A stretch of DNA of 64,000 bases from a virus (IMGVR_UViG_3300008255_000007:1-64000); one strand, 5' to 3'. Counted from the first letter of the stretch, positions 7,475 to 16,139 are shown. Notes: generated by a model from the sequence alone, not told the origin. A program made the numbers and translations.

Positions 7475-7758
7475 GAGTTGCTACCTATCTGACAAAAGCC
7501 AGGCATTAGTACTGAATTAAACCAGGCCTTGTGTGAGTCCATGAGCATGATGGCACTAGGCAATGGCGTATAGCCATCTAGGCTAAGTCCTTGTAAGGCT
7601 TCTGTAGTGCCTATCTTAATAGGAACCCAAGTAGCTTCTGGAGTCTGTATAACTCTACTATGATAATACCAGGCAGCTTGATCTAAGCTCTTAACTAGAG
7701 TACTTTGAAAGGTCTCTAGTTCCTCGAAGTCTTGGTATACGATTGCGTAAGTTTTCAC
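7471..7758 (-). CDS. Hypothetical protein
   Basis: ORF track; GAGGA RBS, promoter upstream. Confidence 0.7.
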   Translation of the reverse strand: MKTYAIVYQDFEELETFQSTLVKSLDQAAWYYHSRVIQTPEATWVPIKIGTTEALQGLSLDGYTPLPSAIMLMDSHKAWFNSVLMPGFCQIGSNS

Positions 7759-7778
7759 TATTAAGTTCCTCTAGCTCT

Positions 7779-7808
7779 AGTATAGCATAACAGGTAACTA
7801 ACGGTCAA
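7779..7808 (-). promoter_or_regulatory. Sigma70-type promoter
   Basis: TTGACC-N18-TATACT on minus strand, TAGTTAC in spacer. Confidence 0.6.
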
Positions 7809-7847
7809 CTATAAAAAAAGAGCATAGAATACTAAAAACATTAGTTT

Positions 7848-8063
7848 TTAACTTCTTGGTTTATCGGTATCTCTTTTAAGATGGTCTTTTAGATTTCTAA
7901 CTTCAGGAGGAAAGTTTAGCAAGGGAGCTGAAGTAAACTTAGGACTTTCAAATAGTTCTTCTAGTGCTTTGAGCACTTCCTTAGCTTCTTCTAAGGAAAA
8001 CTCCATTAACTTCTCTTTACCTGCTGGTCCATAAGTCAGTGTAATTTTTTGTATCTTAGCCAC
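7848..8063 (-). CDS. Hypothetical protein
   Basis: ORF track; GGAG RBS. Confidence 0.65.
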   Translation of the reverse strand: MAKIQKITLTYGPAGKEKLMEFSLEEAKEVLKALEELFESPKFTSAPLLNFPPEVRNLKDHLKRDTDKPRS

Positions 8064-8067
8064 GGCT

Positions 8068-8385
8068 TTACTCTCCTAGCTTCTCTAGCTTATATAAACT
8101 GTTCTTAGTTTTAATGATCCAGTTACTATCATCCTCTTGTGTGATCTCCTTAATAGTCGAAGTCCACAGGCTATTTCTAAGATCATGAACGTGCAGACTG
8201 TCTCCCACGTCAGGAAAGTGCATAATGGAGCCTTCAAAGGTCATCCCTTCTACTACAGCGTAGAGTCCTGAAATCATAGCTTCATTTTCAAATAACTTAC
8301 TGTTAACGGCTTCTAAATCTTCGTTACTTTTCTTATTATCAGCGTCTTCTCTAACAGAGAGCTTAGTGGCTTTATATCTTGTCAT
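8068..8385 (-). CDS. Hypothetical phage protein, apparently leaderless
   Basis: ORF track; TTGCAA-N17-TATAAT ends 6 nt before ATG. Confidence 0.75.
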   Translation of the reverse strand: MTRYKATKLSVREDADNKKSNEDLEAVNSKLFENEAMISGLYAVVEGMTFEGSIMHFPDVGDSLHVHDLRNSLWTSTIKEITQEDDSNWIIKTKNSLYKLEKLGE

Positions 8386-8422
8386 GTGCTTATTATAAAC
8401 CCTTGGGTAGATTTTTGCAAGC

Positions 8423-8644
8423 CTAATCTTTAAACCTGTATAAAGCTACCTCGTCAACAATTTCCATTAGTTCGAAGAATAGTCTATTAGATGCTATAAA
8501 GTCTGCAGGAGTTACTGGATTAAGGTAATCGAATTCTTTAGCTCTAGTAGGTACATCTATTACGAAAGTCATAGGAGCTGAGTTTCCTATATTTTTAATA
8601 GTCTTTAGTATGTAGCCAGTCTTGCTCAGCAATATTGCTTTCAC
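8423..8644 (-). CDS. Hypothetical protein
   Basis: ORF track. Confidence 0.7.
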   Translation of the reverse strand: MKAILLSKTGYILKTIKNIGNSAPMTFVIDVPTRAKEFDYLNPVTPADFIASNRLFFELMEIVDEVALYRFKD

Positions 8645-9318
8645 TTACGTTCTCCTGTAAGCGATTCTACCACTTCAGGAAAGTTAAGGCAATCTAGCTC
8701 CAATCCGTAGTCTACTATAGCTTTATCGTAGGCTAGAGCTGCCTTATAGTCACTATCATACCTGCCTAGGTGTATCTTTTGTCCTTGTATATTGATTAAG
8801 GCTCTGTAGCGGCCTGTAGCCTCGTCAAAAGAGACTCCAGCATATCCTGTATGGTTTTTACGAGATCGTCCACTAGAGGCTCTCCTAGAGGCCCACAGCA
8901 CGTTGTCTGGAGTATAGCCTAGCATAGTGTTTTTTCTAGCTAGTATATAATTATCCGGTCTTTCGCCCATATCTCGTAGGAAATTTTTGAATGATTTTAG
9001 CCACTTTGAATGTATAGGAATTCCTTTTTCTTTGCTCTTACATTTCATCTGAATCCAAGACTTATAAGTTTCAGTTCCTCTGTTATCTATAATGCAAGCT
9101 CCGTGTTTAGTGCTAGCACAACCTTTACAGGTTAAATAAGTTTTAAAGTCTTGAAATCTTTGAGTCTTGGTAACTCCACAAGAACATTGCCCTACCCAAA
9201 GGGCTTCTTTCTTTACACCATTTTTTAGTCTATATCCACTAAATTTTAGTATGGTCCAACCACCTACTTTATGACCTACTCGATCCTTAGTCCGAGGTCC
9301 TAACTTAGTCTCTGCCAT
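8641..9318 (-). CDS. HNH-like plus AP2-domain protein (homing endonuclease-derived, nuclease motif degenerate)
   Basis: FKNFLRDMGERP...YTPDNVLWA HNH-like core; GVSFDEATGRYRA...HLGRY...AALAYD AP2 domain. Confidence 0.75.
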   Translation of the reverse strand: MAETKLGPRTKDRVGHKVGGWTILKFSGYRLKNGVKKEALWVGQCSCGVTKTQRFQDFKTYLTCKGCASTKHGACIIDNRGTETYKSWIQMKCKSKEKGIPIHSKWLKSFKNFLRDMGERPDNYILARKNTMLGYTPDNVLWASRRASSGRSRKNHTGYAGVSFDEATGRYRALINIQGQKIHLGRYDSDYKAALAYDKAIVDYGLELDCLNFPEVVESLTGERK

Positions 9319-9694
9319 GTAATGGGCAATCCTGCCTAGTTATGTAGAATCCAGTGGGATAGCTATCTGAGTTATCAATCTTAGGACATATACATTTAGG
9401 TCTATTCCAAAAAGCGTGAAACTTTGCATTTCTCGGGAATCCCCAAGCGTCTTGTAACTCAAACTCTATCTGTGTGTACTCAAGATCCATAGCTTTCAAT
9501 AGCTTAGGATCATCGGTAGCTTTCATTTCGTCTTCTAGATGCAATCGTAAGCTGTGTAGAAGAAGTATTAGTTCTAGGTTATCCCAAGCTAATTGCTTGT
9601 CTAACAAGTGTTTATTCAGTAATAACACTTCTTTACCATTATGCTTAACTACAAGCATTGCAGAAGGTACGTGTAATGGATCGTGATACATCAT
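9305..9694 (-). CDS. Hypothetical phage protein with Cys/His motifs (WGF...H..W..PKCxCP...CPLHG)
   Basis: ORF track; likely zinc binding. Confidence 0.7.
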   Translation of the reverse strand: MMYHDPLHVPSAMLVVKHNGKEVLLLNKHLLDKQLAWDNLELILLLHSLRLHLEDEMKATDDPKLLKAMDLEYTQIEFELQDAWGFPRNAKFHAFWNRPKCICPKIDNSDSYPTGFYITRQDCPLHGRD

Positions 9695-9867
9695 AGTACT
9701 ATCTCCCTAAGAGCTTTTAAAATTAAGCGTTTAGTAGCTTTACGAGCTATTCTCATCTTTCTGGATTTAACTCCGGAGTGTCTAGCTATAAATCGGTATT
9801 GGGCTTTAGTAAAATATAAATATCCATTTTCATCTACTGTAAATATTCCTAGTAGTTTAGTATTCAT
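9691..9867 (-). CDS. Small basic protein (58 aa, MNTKLLGIFTV...), not in ORF track
   Basis: Hand translation; ATGA overlaps at both ends. Confidence 0.75.
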   Translation of the reverse strand: MNTKLLGIFTVDENGYLYFTKAQYRFIARHSGVKSRKMRIARKATKRLILKALREIVL

Positions 9868-10079
9868 AATTCTGTTACTTTCTTTTTACAATGAAGGCAT
9901 TGTAGCTCATCACCTTCTTGTTGTCTAGTCCAATCATGTCTTTTAGACTCAGCACAAGTAGGTCTATTAATATCTAGGTTAACATCGCCTTGTAGAAATT
10001 CAACTAGAGTTGAGGCTAGTAAGTACCAAACTACTCCAAGTCCTAATAAGCTAGCAGCTATCCAAAACTCGTTATCCAT
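9864..10079 (-). CDS. Small TM protein with C-terminal Cys/His motif
   Basis: N-terminal hydrophobic helix; C...HDW...CLHC. Confidence 0.7.
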   Translation of the reverse strand: MDNEFWIAASLLGLGVVWYLLASTLVEFLQGDVNLDINRPTCAESKRHDWTRQQEGDELQCLHCKKKVTEL

Positions 10080-10387
10080 TATTTAATCTTGGCTTGTTCT
10101 AGTAAATCTGTCCAGCCTAAAATCTCGTAGGAATCAAAGTACTCTTTAGGTACGTTTCCAAAAGGCCTACTTGGATCTTTATACTTAGCTATACTTTTAA
10201 GCTCTATAAAATTGTATTCGTCTTCTTTATAAGCATTCTCATCCACAGAATACCTTACTTTATATTTACCTGGATTAACTTTCATTATATGCTCGCAGGC
10301 TTTTGCATATCTCTGCCATTTAAGGTGTCGTTCAGATTCTTTAAACTTCCTTAAGACTTCTACGTATGCTTTTATATCAGTTCTCAT
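10079..10387 (-). CDS. Hypothetical protein (likely start MRTDIK at 10387)
   Basis: GGAG RBS before ATG 10387. Confidence 0.65.
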   Translation of the reverse strand: MRTDIKAYVEVLRKFKESERHLKWQRYAKACEHIMKVNPGKYKVRYSVDENAYKEDEYNFIELKSIAKYKDPSRPFGNVPKEYFDSYEILGWTDLLEQAKIK

Positions 10388-10553
10388 TTGGTCTCCTAAT
10401 AGCGTCTTAACTATGTTGTCATCTTGCCAACATGCGCCATTTTCTAGGGTAGCTAGCAGCAACCTCACCACTTAATTAAGGCAAAGATAAGGAGGAGGGG
10501 AACTCGAAAGGAAACGTGCTATTTACTAAGGCAGGTGACGCCTATATACAACT

Positions 10554-10582
10554 ATTATATCTTATAACTAATTCTATGTCAA
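10554..10582 (-). promoter_or_regulatory. Consensus sigma70 promoter
   Basis: TTGACA-N17-TATAAT on minus strand. Confidence 0.85.
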
Positions 10583-10667
10583 GCTACCCATTTATTTTTA
10601 GATTCAGGCTTCTTAATTAAGTCTCTTACTTTTTTATAAATACTTATAATTTTTACTGCTTTTTTAT

Positions 10668-11393
10668 TCATTTACGTAATCTCCTACTTAGTTTTGCTGT
10701 GTATTCTCCTGTAAATATAGCAGTAGCTTGGGATGTTCCAGTCATTAGAACTCCACCATAATCTCCTTCTACATCTACTCCTACTCTCCAGACATCTACT
10801 AGCTCTCCATAGTTACTTGAAGGGTAAACATCACCGTTAGGGTATTTATTCCCTACAACGTACACTCTCTTATCGTATCCGGCTGGATACTGGTTGTATT
10901 TGCTACAGTTTCCATTTCCACTACAATACATAGAGTTTAACATCATGCCATCATTACCAGCGGCTGCTATGATTACAATACCCATATCTAATAACTCTTT
11001 GATAAGGTCATGCTCTCTTGAATAATATCCAGATCCTGATGAGCTTATATTAATAATATCCGGCTTTATTTCTTTAGCGTACTCTAGAGACCTAATCATA
11101 TTAAAAAGAGAAAGCTCCTTAGTGATTCCTTTATTATAATATTTTACTACTATTTGACAATAATCATAGTGTTTAGCATACTTATGTATAATTCCTGATA
11201 CATTAGTGTCATGTCCAAGGTCATCATCTAACCCACTAAACGTAAAATCCTTGTGGCCTGTTTTACATAGACCATTAGTACCTGGTATATATTTGTGTTT
11301 ATTAATTCCAGTATCGATTACTAATACCTTAGTAGTATCCGCACATACATAATTAGCTAAAGCTAGCAACATAAATAAAAATAAGTATTTCAA
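10668..11393 (-). CDS. Secreted subtilisin-like S8 serine peptidase
   Basis: Signal peptide; VLVIDTG, GHDTNV, AAAGND, GTSQAT catalytic and oxyanion motifs. Confidence 0.85.
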   Translation of the reverse strand: MKYLFLFMLLALANYVCADTTKVLVIDTGINKHKYIPGTNGLCKTGHKDFTFSGLDDDLGHDTNVSGIIHKYAKHYDYCQIVVKYYNKGITKELSLFNMIRSLEYAKEIKPDIINISSSGSGYYSREHDLIKELLDMGIVIIAAAGNDGMMLNSMYCSGNGNCSKYNQYPAGYDKRVYVVGNKYPNGDVYPSSNYGELVDVWRVGVDVEGDYGGVLMTGTSQATAIFTGEYTAKLSRRLRK

Positions 11394-11671
11394 AGTGCTT
11401 CCCTTCTAGAGATAAGAACTCTAGCTATTTGGGGAAACTCCTTAGATAGAGAAACTAGTTTCTGCTCTACTTCATGGTATAGTTCGTGATTACCTGCTAA
11501 AGCTACTAGCACTCTTTTATTATCTTTATTATCTTCTAAGATAGTCAATTGTACTTCTTTATTATCAGTATTTCTAGCTAAGAACATTACATTCTTAGAA
11601 TCCTTCTGCTCTGCTATTTCTTTTTGCAATTTTGGATTAGTTACCATTGTAGTATCGTTTTGAACTTTCAT
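11390..11671 (-). CDS. Hypothetical protein
   Basis: ORF track; overlap chain. Confidence 0.7.
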   Translation of the reverse strand: MKVQNDTTMVTNPKLQKEIAEQKDSKNVMFLARNTDNKEVQLTILEDNKDNKRVLVALAGNHELYHEVEQKLVSLSKEFPQIARVLISRREAL

Positions 11672-12069
11672 TATCTCACCTTCTCTGATAGAAGCATAAC
11701 TAGTTTAGTTATGGAATCTATGGCTTGTTCTGTATAAACTATTAGAGTTCCTTGATCTTGCTTAGTTAGAGCTGGATGGTCTGATAAGTCTTCCCTAATT
11801 CTAGAGGCTAGATAATTAGCTCTATTTATAGCATCTACATTAGTATTTTTCGTTACTTCTTTATCTCTGTTCTTCTTTTCAAATCGTGAATTTGAATCTA
11901 AGGCCTGCATGTAGAGATCGTACAAAGCTCTTTCTAGCTTTTCTTTTTTAAACTTAGAGATGCTTTTTAGTTCTAATTCTAAACAGATCTCATCAATAGC
12001 TAGTCTGATATGCTTACTGATTACTTTTTTACTTTTCCGGATTTGAAAAACCGTTGATAGGAAGCCCAT
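11671..12069 (-). CDS. Hypothetical helical protein
   Basis: ORF track. Confidence 0.7.
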   Translation of the reverse strand: MGFLSTVFQIRKSKKVISKHIRLAIDEICLELELKSISKFKKEKLERALYDLYMQALDSNSRFEKKNRDKEVTKNTNVDAINRANYLASRIREDLSDHPALTKQDQGTLIVYTEQAIDSITKLVMLLSEKVR

Positions 12070-12436
12070 TAGTCTTCATCCTTTCATACTCTTCTGGAGA
12101 TAGTGTAAGTATTTTTAAATCCTCTGGGGGGTTATCTAGTAGCGATAGTACCTCTCTTGCTGACTCAATTCTATTATCTCTATTAAACCCTTTAGCTACT
12201 ACAGTTAGGTGTAGAAACTGACTATCAAATAATACTAAACCATTGAATCTAGAAAACAGTCTATTATAATAGAACATTTGAGGTTCTATATAAGTAGACA
12301 TAGGAAGTACTACTTTCTCTACAGTAATTCCTCCTGGAGTACATTCAAAATTCATCTCCGAATCTATAGGCTCAATATCATCTAAGTTTTCTTCTTTTTT
12401 AAAAATGCTTAAAACTTTATTTAAAAGCTTTCTCAC
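12029..12436 (-). CDS. Hypothetical protein
   Basis: ORF track. Confidence 0.7.
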   Translation of the reverse strand: MRKLLNKVLSIFKKEENLDDIEPIDSEMNFECTPGGITVEKVVLPMSTYIEPQMFYYNRLFSRFNGLVLFDSQFLHLTVVAKGFNRDNRIESAREVLSLLDNPPEDLKILTLSPEEYERMKTNGLPINGFSNPEK

Positions 12437-12696
12437 TAATTGCTTCCTTTTAAATTAAGCACTGCTTTACTTCCAAAATGCTCAAGTGCTTTAGTATCAT
12501 AGGCAGCCGCAGCTAGCTCTTCAGTATCGTGATATCCTAGTTGAACTAACTTATTCTCTATTTTAATATAAGCTCTCCACTGCTTACTCTTCTTATTCTT
12601 ACAAAAACTAACACCTTTATAAGTAGAAGACGTATTCTTTCTTACTTTCGGCTTTAAGCTCATAGTTAAAGATCTTTTATTATTAGCTACACTCAT
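12436..12696 (-). CDS. Stand-alone AP2-domain DNA-binding protein
   Basis: SSTYKGVSF...QWRAYI...LGYHDTEELAAAAYDTKALEHFG. Confidence 0.85.
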   Translation of the reverse strand: MSVANNKRSLTMSLKPKVRKNTSSTYKGVSFCKNKKSKQWRAYIKIENKLVQLGYHDTEELAAAAYDTKALEHFGSKAVLNLKGSN

Positions 12697-13277
12697 ACCT
12701 TAACCTCTTTGACTTGTCCTAATATAAATAAGTCATATAAACTTTGGTGAATTCTTACCAAATCAAAATTATGATCCTGTAGATACTTCTTTAATTGAGC
12801 TTCAAAGCTCCTTACTTTATCAGTAGTCTGAGCTTCTATCTCTAGAAATATATGGTCAGAATCCTTCACTTTATATACACTAACATTTTCTTCTTTCTTA
12901 TTCAAGAACAAAACCGAATAGTCTTTAAATATACTTCCTGCAGGTTTTCCTAATGCCATGATCTGTAGTTTTTCTAATTTATCAGACTCATTTCCTGAGA
13001 AGTTTACATCTATTTCAATTCTATCAAGCATATACCCTTTATCTTTCTTCTTTACAGTAAGTGTGGCAGGCTCTGTTTTAGTAGATGGGTATCTTAGCCG
13101 TACAAAGTCACAGGTAGATTTCTCTACTGGATGCCAATATACGTCTTTGCTGGCTCCTACTACTTTTTCTATATTTTTATTAGTATATGCTTTGTATAGC
13201 AAAGCTTCTACTTCTTTAATAGAAGTAGCTCCTTTAACTATAAACTTCATTTCTTTTTCACGGTCTTGAAAACCCAT
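12693..13277 (-). CDS. CYTH / triphosphate tunnel metalloenzyme
   Basis: EKEMKF (ExExK-like), DVYW, FVRLR, LTVK, RIEID, FLEIE. Confidence 0.75.
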   Translation of the reverse strand: MGFQDREKEMKFIVKGATSIKEVEALLYKAYTNKNIEKVVGASKDVYWHPVEKSTCDFVRLRYPSTKTEPATLTVKKKDKGYMLDRIEIDVNFSGNESDKLEKLQIMALGKPAGSIFKDYSVLFLNKKEENVSVYKVKDSDHIFLEIEAQTTDKVRSFEAQLKKYLQDHNFDLVRIHQSLYDLFILGQVKEVKV

Positions 13278-13295
13278 AGTTACCTCTTAGTAACT

Positions 13296-13325
13296 AATAT
13301 AGCATATAAAGTAACTAGTAGTCAA
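13296..13325 (-). promoter_or_regulatory. Sigma70-type promoter with overlapping TAGTTAC sites
   Basis: TTGACT-N18-TATATT; inverted repeat TAGTTAC-N6-GTAACTA at 13277-13296. Confidence 0.6.
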
Positions 13326-13505
13326 CTATTTACCATATACGAAGTCTTTTACAGCTTCATCTATCTCTTCAACAGTCCACTTATTTTCAATAAGTTTCAT
13401 AAGCTCGTCTTCATGGTCTTCAGGAACATCGTATTCTCCCATAGCCCTAACAACCTCATGTATAGTTATTCTATCTTTTTCTATCTCCAAGCACATCAAA
13501 CACAT
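13326..13505 (-). CDS. Small acidic protein (59 aa, MCLMCLEIEKD...), not in ORF track
   Basis: Hand translation; fills gap on the gene-bearing strand. Confidence 0.75.
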   Translation of the reverse strand: MCLMCLEIEKDRITIHEVVRAMGEYDVPEDHEDELMKLIENKWTVEEIDEAVKDFVYGK

Positions 13506-13506
13506 A

Positions 13507-13893
13507 CTAATTTCCCCACTTATAAGTCATACTTACGTAATTCTGATTTAGATATCTGCCTCCATTATAATCAAAATTATGAATACTTCGGTGATGTAAT
13601 CCTAAGTCTAGCTTATTCCAAGAAAGTTCTAGCCCAAATAAGCCACCCCCTTGCGAAAAGTAAGTAGAGGCTTGTCCTTCAGCACCTACATAAAATTTAC
13701 CATCAGGTAAAGACCTAGTTTGAAAGTTCCAAAGATCCCATCCATTCTTAAGAACTACTCCATAATTAATATTCTTACCTGTGTAGTCTAAATATTCTGG
13801 ATAGTGGCTATTAAAGTATCTCCTAACTTCTAAACTTCCGTTATAAGCAAAGCTATTTAAGCTAATAACTAATAAAAATAAATACTTTTTCAT
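13507..13893 (-). CDS. Exported beta-rich protein, possible small outer-membrane beta-barrel
   Basis: Signal peptide; alternating aromatic strands; C-terminal YVSMTYKW. Confidence 0.5.
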   Translation of the reverse strand: MKKYLFLLVISLNSFAYNGSLEVRRYFNSHYPEYLDYTGKNINYGVVLKNGWDLWNFQTRSLPDGKFYVGAEGQASTYFSQGGGLFGLELSWNKLDLGLHHRSIHNFDYNGGRYLNQNYVSMTYKWGN

Positions 13894-14162
13894 TATTTTT
13901 TACTATCCTGTTCTTTTATAAATCCATTATACCATTCTACGTGGCTTTTAGATCTATTTTGCATATTAGCGTAGGCTTTTTTAGGATCTTGTCCTTTATT
14001 AGTGTAATAACCAGCTTCAATAACTGCCACAATACCAGAAATACATCCGGTATAGAAAGAGCTTAACATAAGCTCCCTGTCTCTTTCAGAGACTCCGCTA
14101 GCATAACTAGTTGAAATAATTAAACAAAGACTAAAAAGACTTGATATTAGTATAGTTTTCAT
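13893..14162 (-). CDS. Exported hypothetical protein (likely start MKTILI at 14162)
   Basis: Signal peptide-like N-terminus. Confidence 0.6.
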   Translation of the reverse strand: MKTILISSLFSLCLIISTSYASGVSERDRELMLSSFYTGCISGIVAVIEAGYYTNKGQDPKKAYANMQNRSKSHVEWYNGFIKEQDSKK

Positions 14163-14232
14163 GTTAAAGTGAGTATAACAAATTTCTATGTACAAAGCAA
14201 TACAGTTACTTTTTTTATTATGGTGTTTATAT

Positions 14233-14952
14233 ATGAATGATTTTAAAGCTTCTAAATTATCTAACCTCTCTAAAGAGCTTCAAAAGCCTGAGTCTTATAA
14301 AATGGAAGAGTTACAAGAGCCTGCAGAAAATCCTATAGAACTTCAAGATAACGAACAGCGGCAGTTTAGAAAGCTACAAAACGAGCTTAAAAGCAAATAT
14401 CCATCTTTAGATGAAATGAATTCTGAGTTTGGTAAGCATCAATCAGATCCTTTTCTTTTAAGTATTAGTAAGTTAGAATCAGACCTTGGTGGGAATACTG
14501 CACATGCTCAAATGAAACATGGGATGCATAAAGGAAATGCTGCTATTGGTACTTATGGCTTAATGCCTAATACTATTCAGGATATAATGTCTAACTATGA
14601 TAATAAGCAGTCAGCTCTTAGATATAGACTAGGTCCTGACTACCAAGATCCTGAAATAGAAGCTTTAAGGGATATGGACAAAGAAGCTTATGCTGAGTAT
14701 ATAGCTAATAATCCTCAAACTGAGACTAAACTAGCTAGATACTTGTCTTTAATGTTAGCACAACGTATGCAGGATGACCCAAGGAGAATGGCTTACGGCT
14801 GGAATCAAGGCTCTTCTTATAGAAAGAAAGATGTATCTGATTCTACTCTAAATCAGCATCCATACGTTAAACGATTTGACGAGTTTTCAAATCTTTATGA
14901 GTCAGATCCTAGATTTATTTCAGAATCTGAATTAACTTCTTCTGAAGATTGA
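14233..14952 (+). CDS. Lysozyme-fold / lytic transglycosylase-like protein (likely start MNDFK at 14233)
   Basis: LES catalytic Glu motif, AIGTYGLMP, MAYGWNQG...YVKRF. Confidence 0.65.
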   Translation: MNDFKASKLSNLSKELQKPESYKMEELQEPAENPIELQDNEQRQFRKLQNELKSKYPSLDEMNSEFGKHQSDPFLLSISKLESDLGGNTAHAQMKHGMHKGNAAIGTYGLMPNTIQDIMSNYDNKQSALRYRLGPDYQDPEIEALRDMDKEAYAEYIANNPQTETKLARYLSLMLAQRMQDDPRRMAYGWNQGSSYRKKDVSDSTLNQHPYVKRFDEFSNLYESDPRFISESELTSSED

Positions 14953-15245
14953 TCTTGTTCTACTGTTTGAGCCTCTTTTAGAAGCTTATTAAACTCAATA
15001 GTGCCAGTAGCTACTCCAGTTTCTAAATCTCTTTGTAACTCTTCAAACTTCTGTAACTTCTTCTTTTGCTCACTTAAAGAGAGCTTAAGCATTCCATCTA
15101 CAAATCTCTTATGGTTATTAATAAGCAATGGACTTTCTTTTTTAGTTACAGGATCGGCTTTCCATACTAGTAATGGGGTATCGAAAAATCCCATAGAGTC
15201 TGCGATTTCTTTAAATTTCTTTCTATAGAGGTATTTAGATTTCAT
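14895..15245 (-). CDS. Hypothetical protein
   Basis: ORF track. Confidence 0.7.
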   Translation of the reverse strand: MKSKYLYRKKFKEIADSMGFFDTPLLVWKADPVTKKESPLLINNHKRFVDGMLKLSLSEQKKKLQKFEELQRDLETGVATGTIEFNKLLKEAQTVEQDQSSEEVNSDSEINLGSDS

Positions 15246-15361
15246 AAGAAAACTCCTACTAAGATCACTCCAGCTACTAAGAACATTAGAATTGCTAATA
15301 AGGGGCTATTTAAGCCTATACAGGTCCATCCACCTAGTACCATTAGATTACCTACTAACAT
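15242..15361 (-). CDS. 39-aa hydrophobic membrane peptide, not in ORF track
   Basis: Hand translation MLVGNLMVLGGWTCIGLNSPLLAILMFLVAGVILVGVFL; ATGA overlap downstream. Confidence 0.6.
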   Translation of the reverse strand: MLVGNLMVLGGWTCIGLNSPLLAILMFLVAGVILVGVFL

Positions 15362-15371
15362 CTTGCTAATT

Positions 15372-16139
15372 TTAGAGTTCAACACTTACTACCTCGTCAC
15401 TAAAATTAAGGCGTACTGCCTCTTCTTCAGACAACCACAAATCTTTAGAAGTTAGGTTTCTGTAATCTTCTAAAGACATTCCAGCTCTATCAGCAATCTC
15501 TGATGAGAATCTATCTACATACTTTTGAACCATTTCAATATAAGATTTTATTCTTTCTACATCTCCACTTGTACCTGTGGTAGCAAAGTGAGACATTAGA
15601 ACTGATCTATCAAACATTAAACGCTTATCTCCATATTGATGAATAATAAAAGCCATAGAAGCACATAACCTAACACAAATCGTATAAACTGGAGACTTAG
15701 CATGTTGCATAGCAGCAACAACTCTAGCTCCAGCAAAAACAGAACCTCCTGGAGAATCAATTAAAATATAAATAGGCTTATGGCTTTTAGAATCTAGCAC
15801 TTTTATAGCATCAGCCACTACTAAAGTAGTATCACTTACTTCACCTGATATTGAGAGGACTCTAGAAAAGTCTAATCTAAGCATATTTCTTTTAATTTTA
15901 AGGTTTTTCTTTTTAGAGCTTTTAATAACTGGATTATTTTTAGCTTTCATCATTAACTCAGGTACTTCAATGACAAGTTTAAGTTCAGGAACTTTAATAG
16001 GTTTCTTAGTTTCTTGTTGTTTTATTTTATTATAAATTCCCTTATTAAAGTTTAAATTCGGTTTTGTATTTTTGTTAAGACTTACAACAGAAAGTCCTAA
16101 AGCTAGCAAAGCTACAGCAATTGTTAGATATTTCAACAT
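15372..16139 (-). CDS. ClpP-like serine protease with N-terminal membrane anchor
   Basis: IDSPGGSV, CASMA (catalytic Ser), LMSH (His), DLWLSEEEAVRLNFSD; hydrophobic N-terminus. Confidence 0.85.
   Translation of the reverse strand: MLKYLTIAVALLALGLSVVSLNKNTKPNLNFNKGIYNKIKQQETKKPIKVPELKLVIEVPELMMKAKNNPVIKSSKKKNLKIKRNMLRLDFSRVLSISGEVSDTTLVVADAIKVLDSKSHKPIYILIDSPGGSVFAGARVVAAMQHAKSPVYTICVRLCASMAFIIHQYGDKRLMFDRSVLMSHFATTGTSGDVERIKSYIEMVQKYVDRFSSEIADRAGMSLEDYRNLTSKDLWLSEEEAVRLNFSDEVVSVEL

Noticed and set aside
9683-9928. Plus-strand ORF from track
   Set aside because: Antisense to the better-supported 9691..9867 gene with ATGA overlaps
13266-13667. Plus-strand 133-aa ORF from track
   Set aside because: Shadow of two minus-strand genes and a promoter
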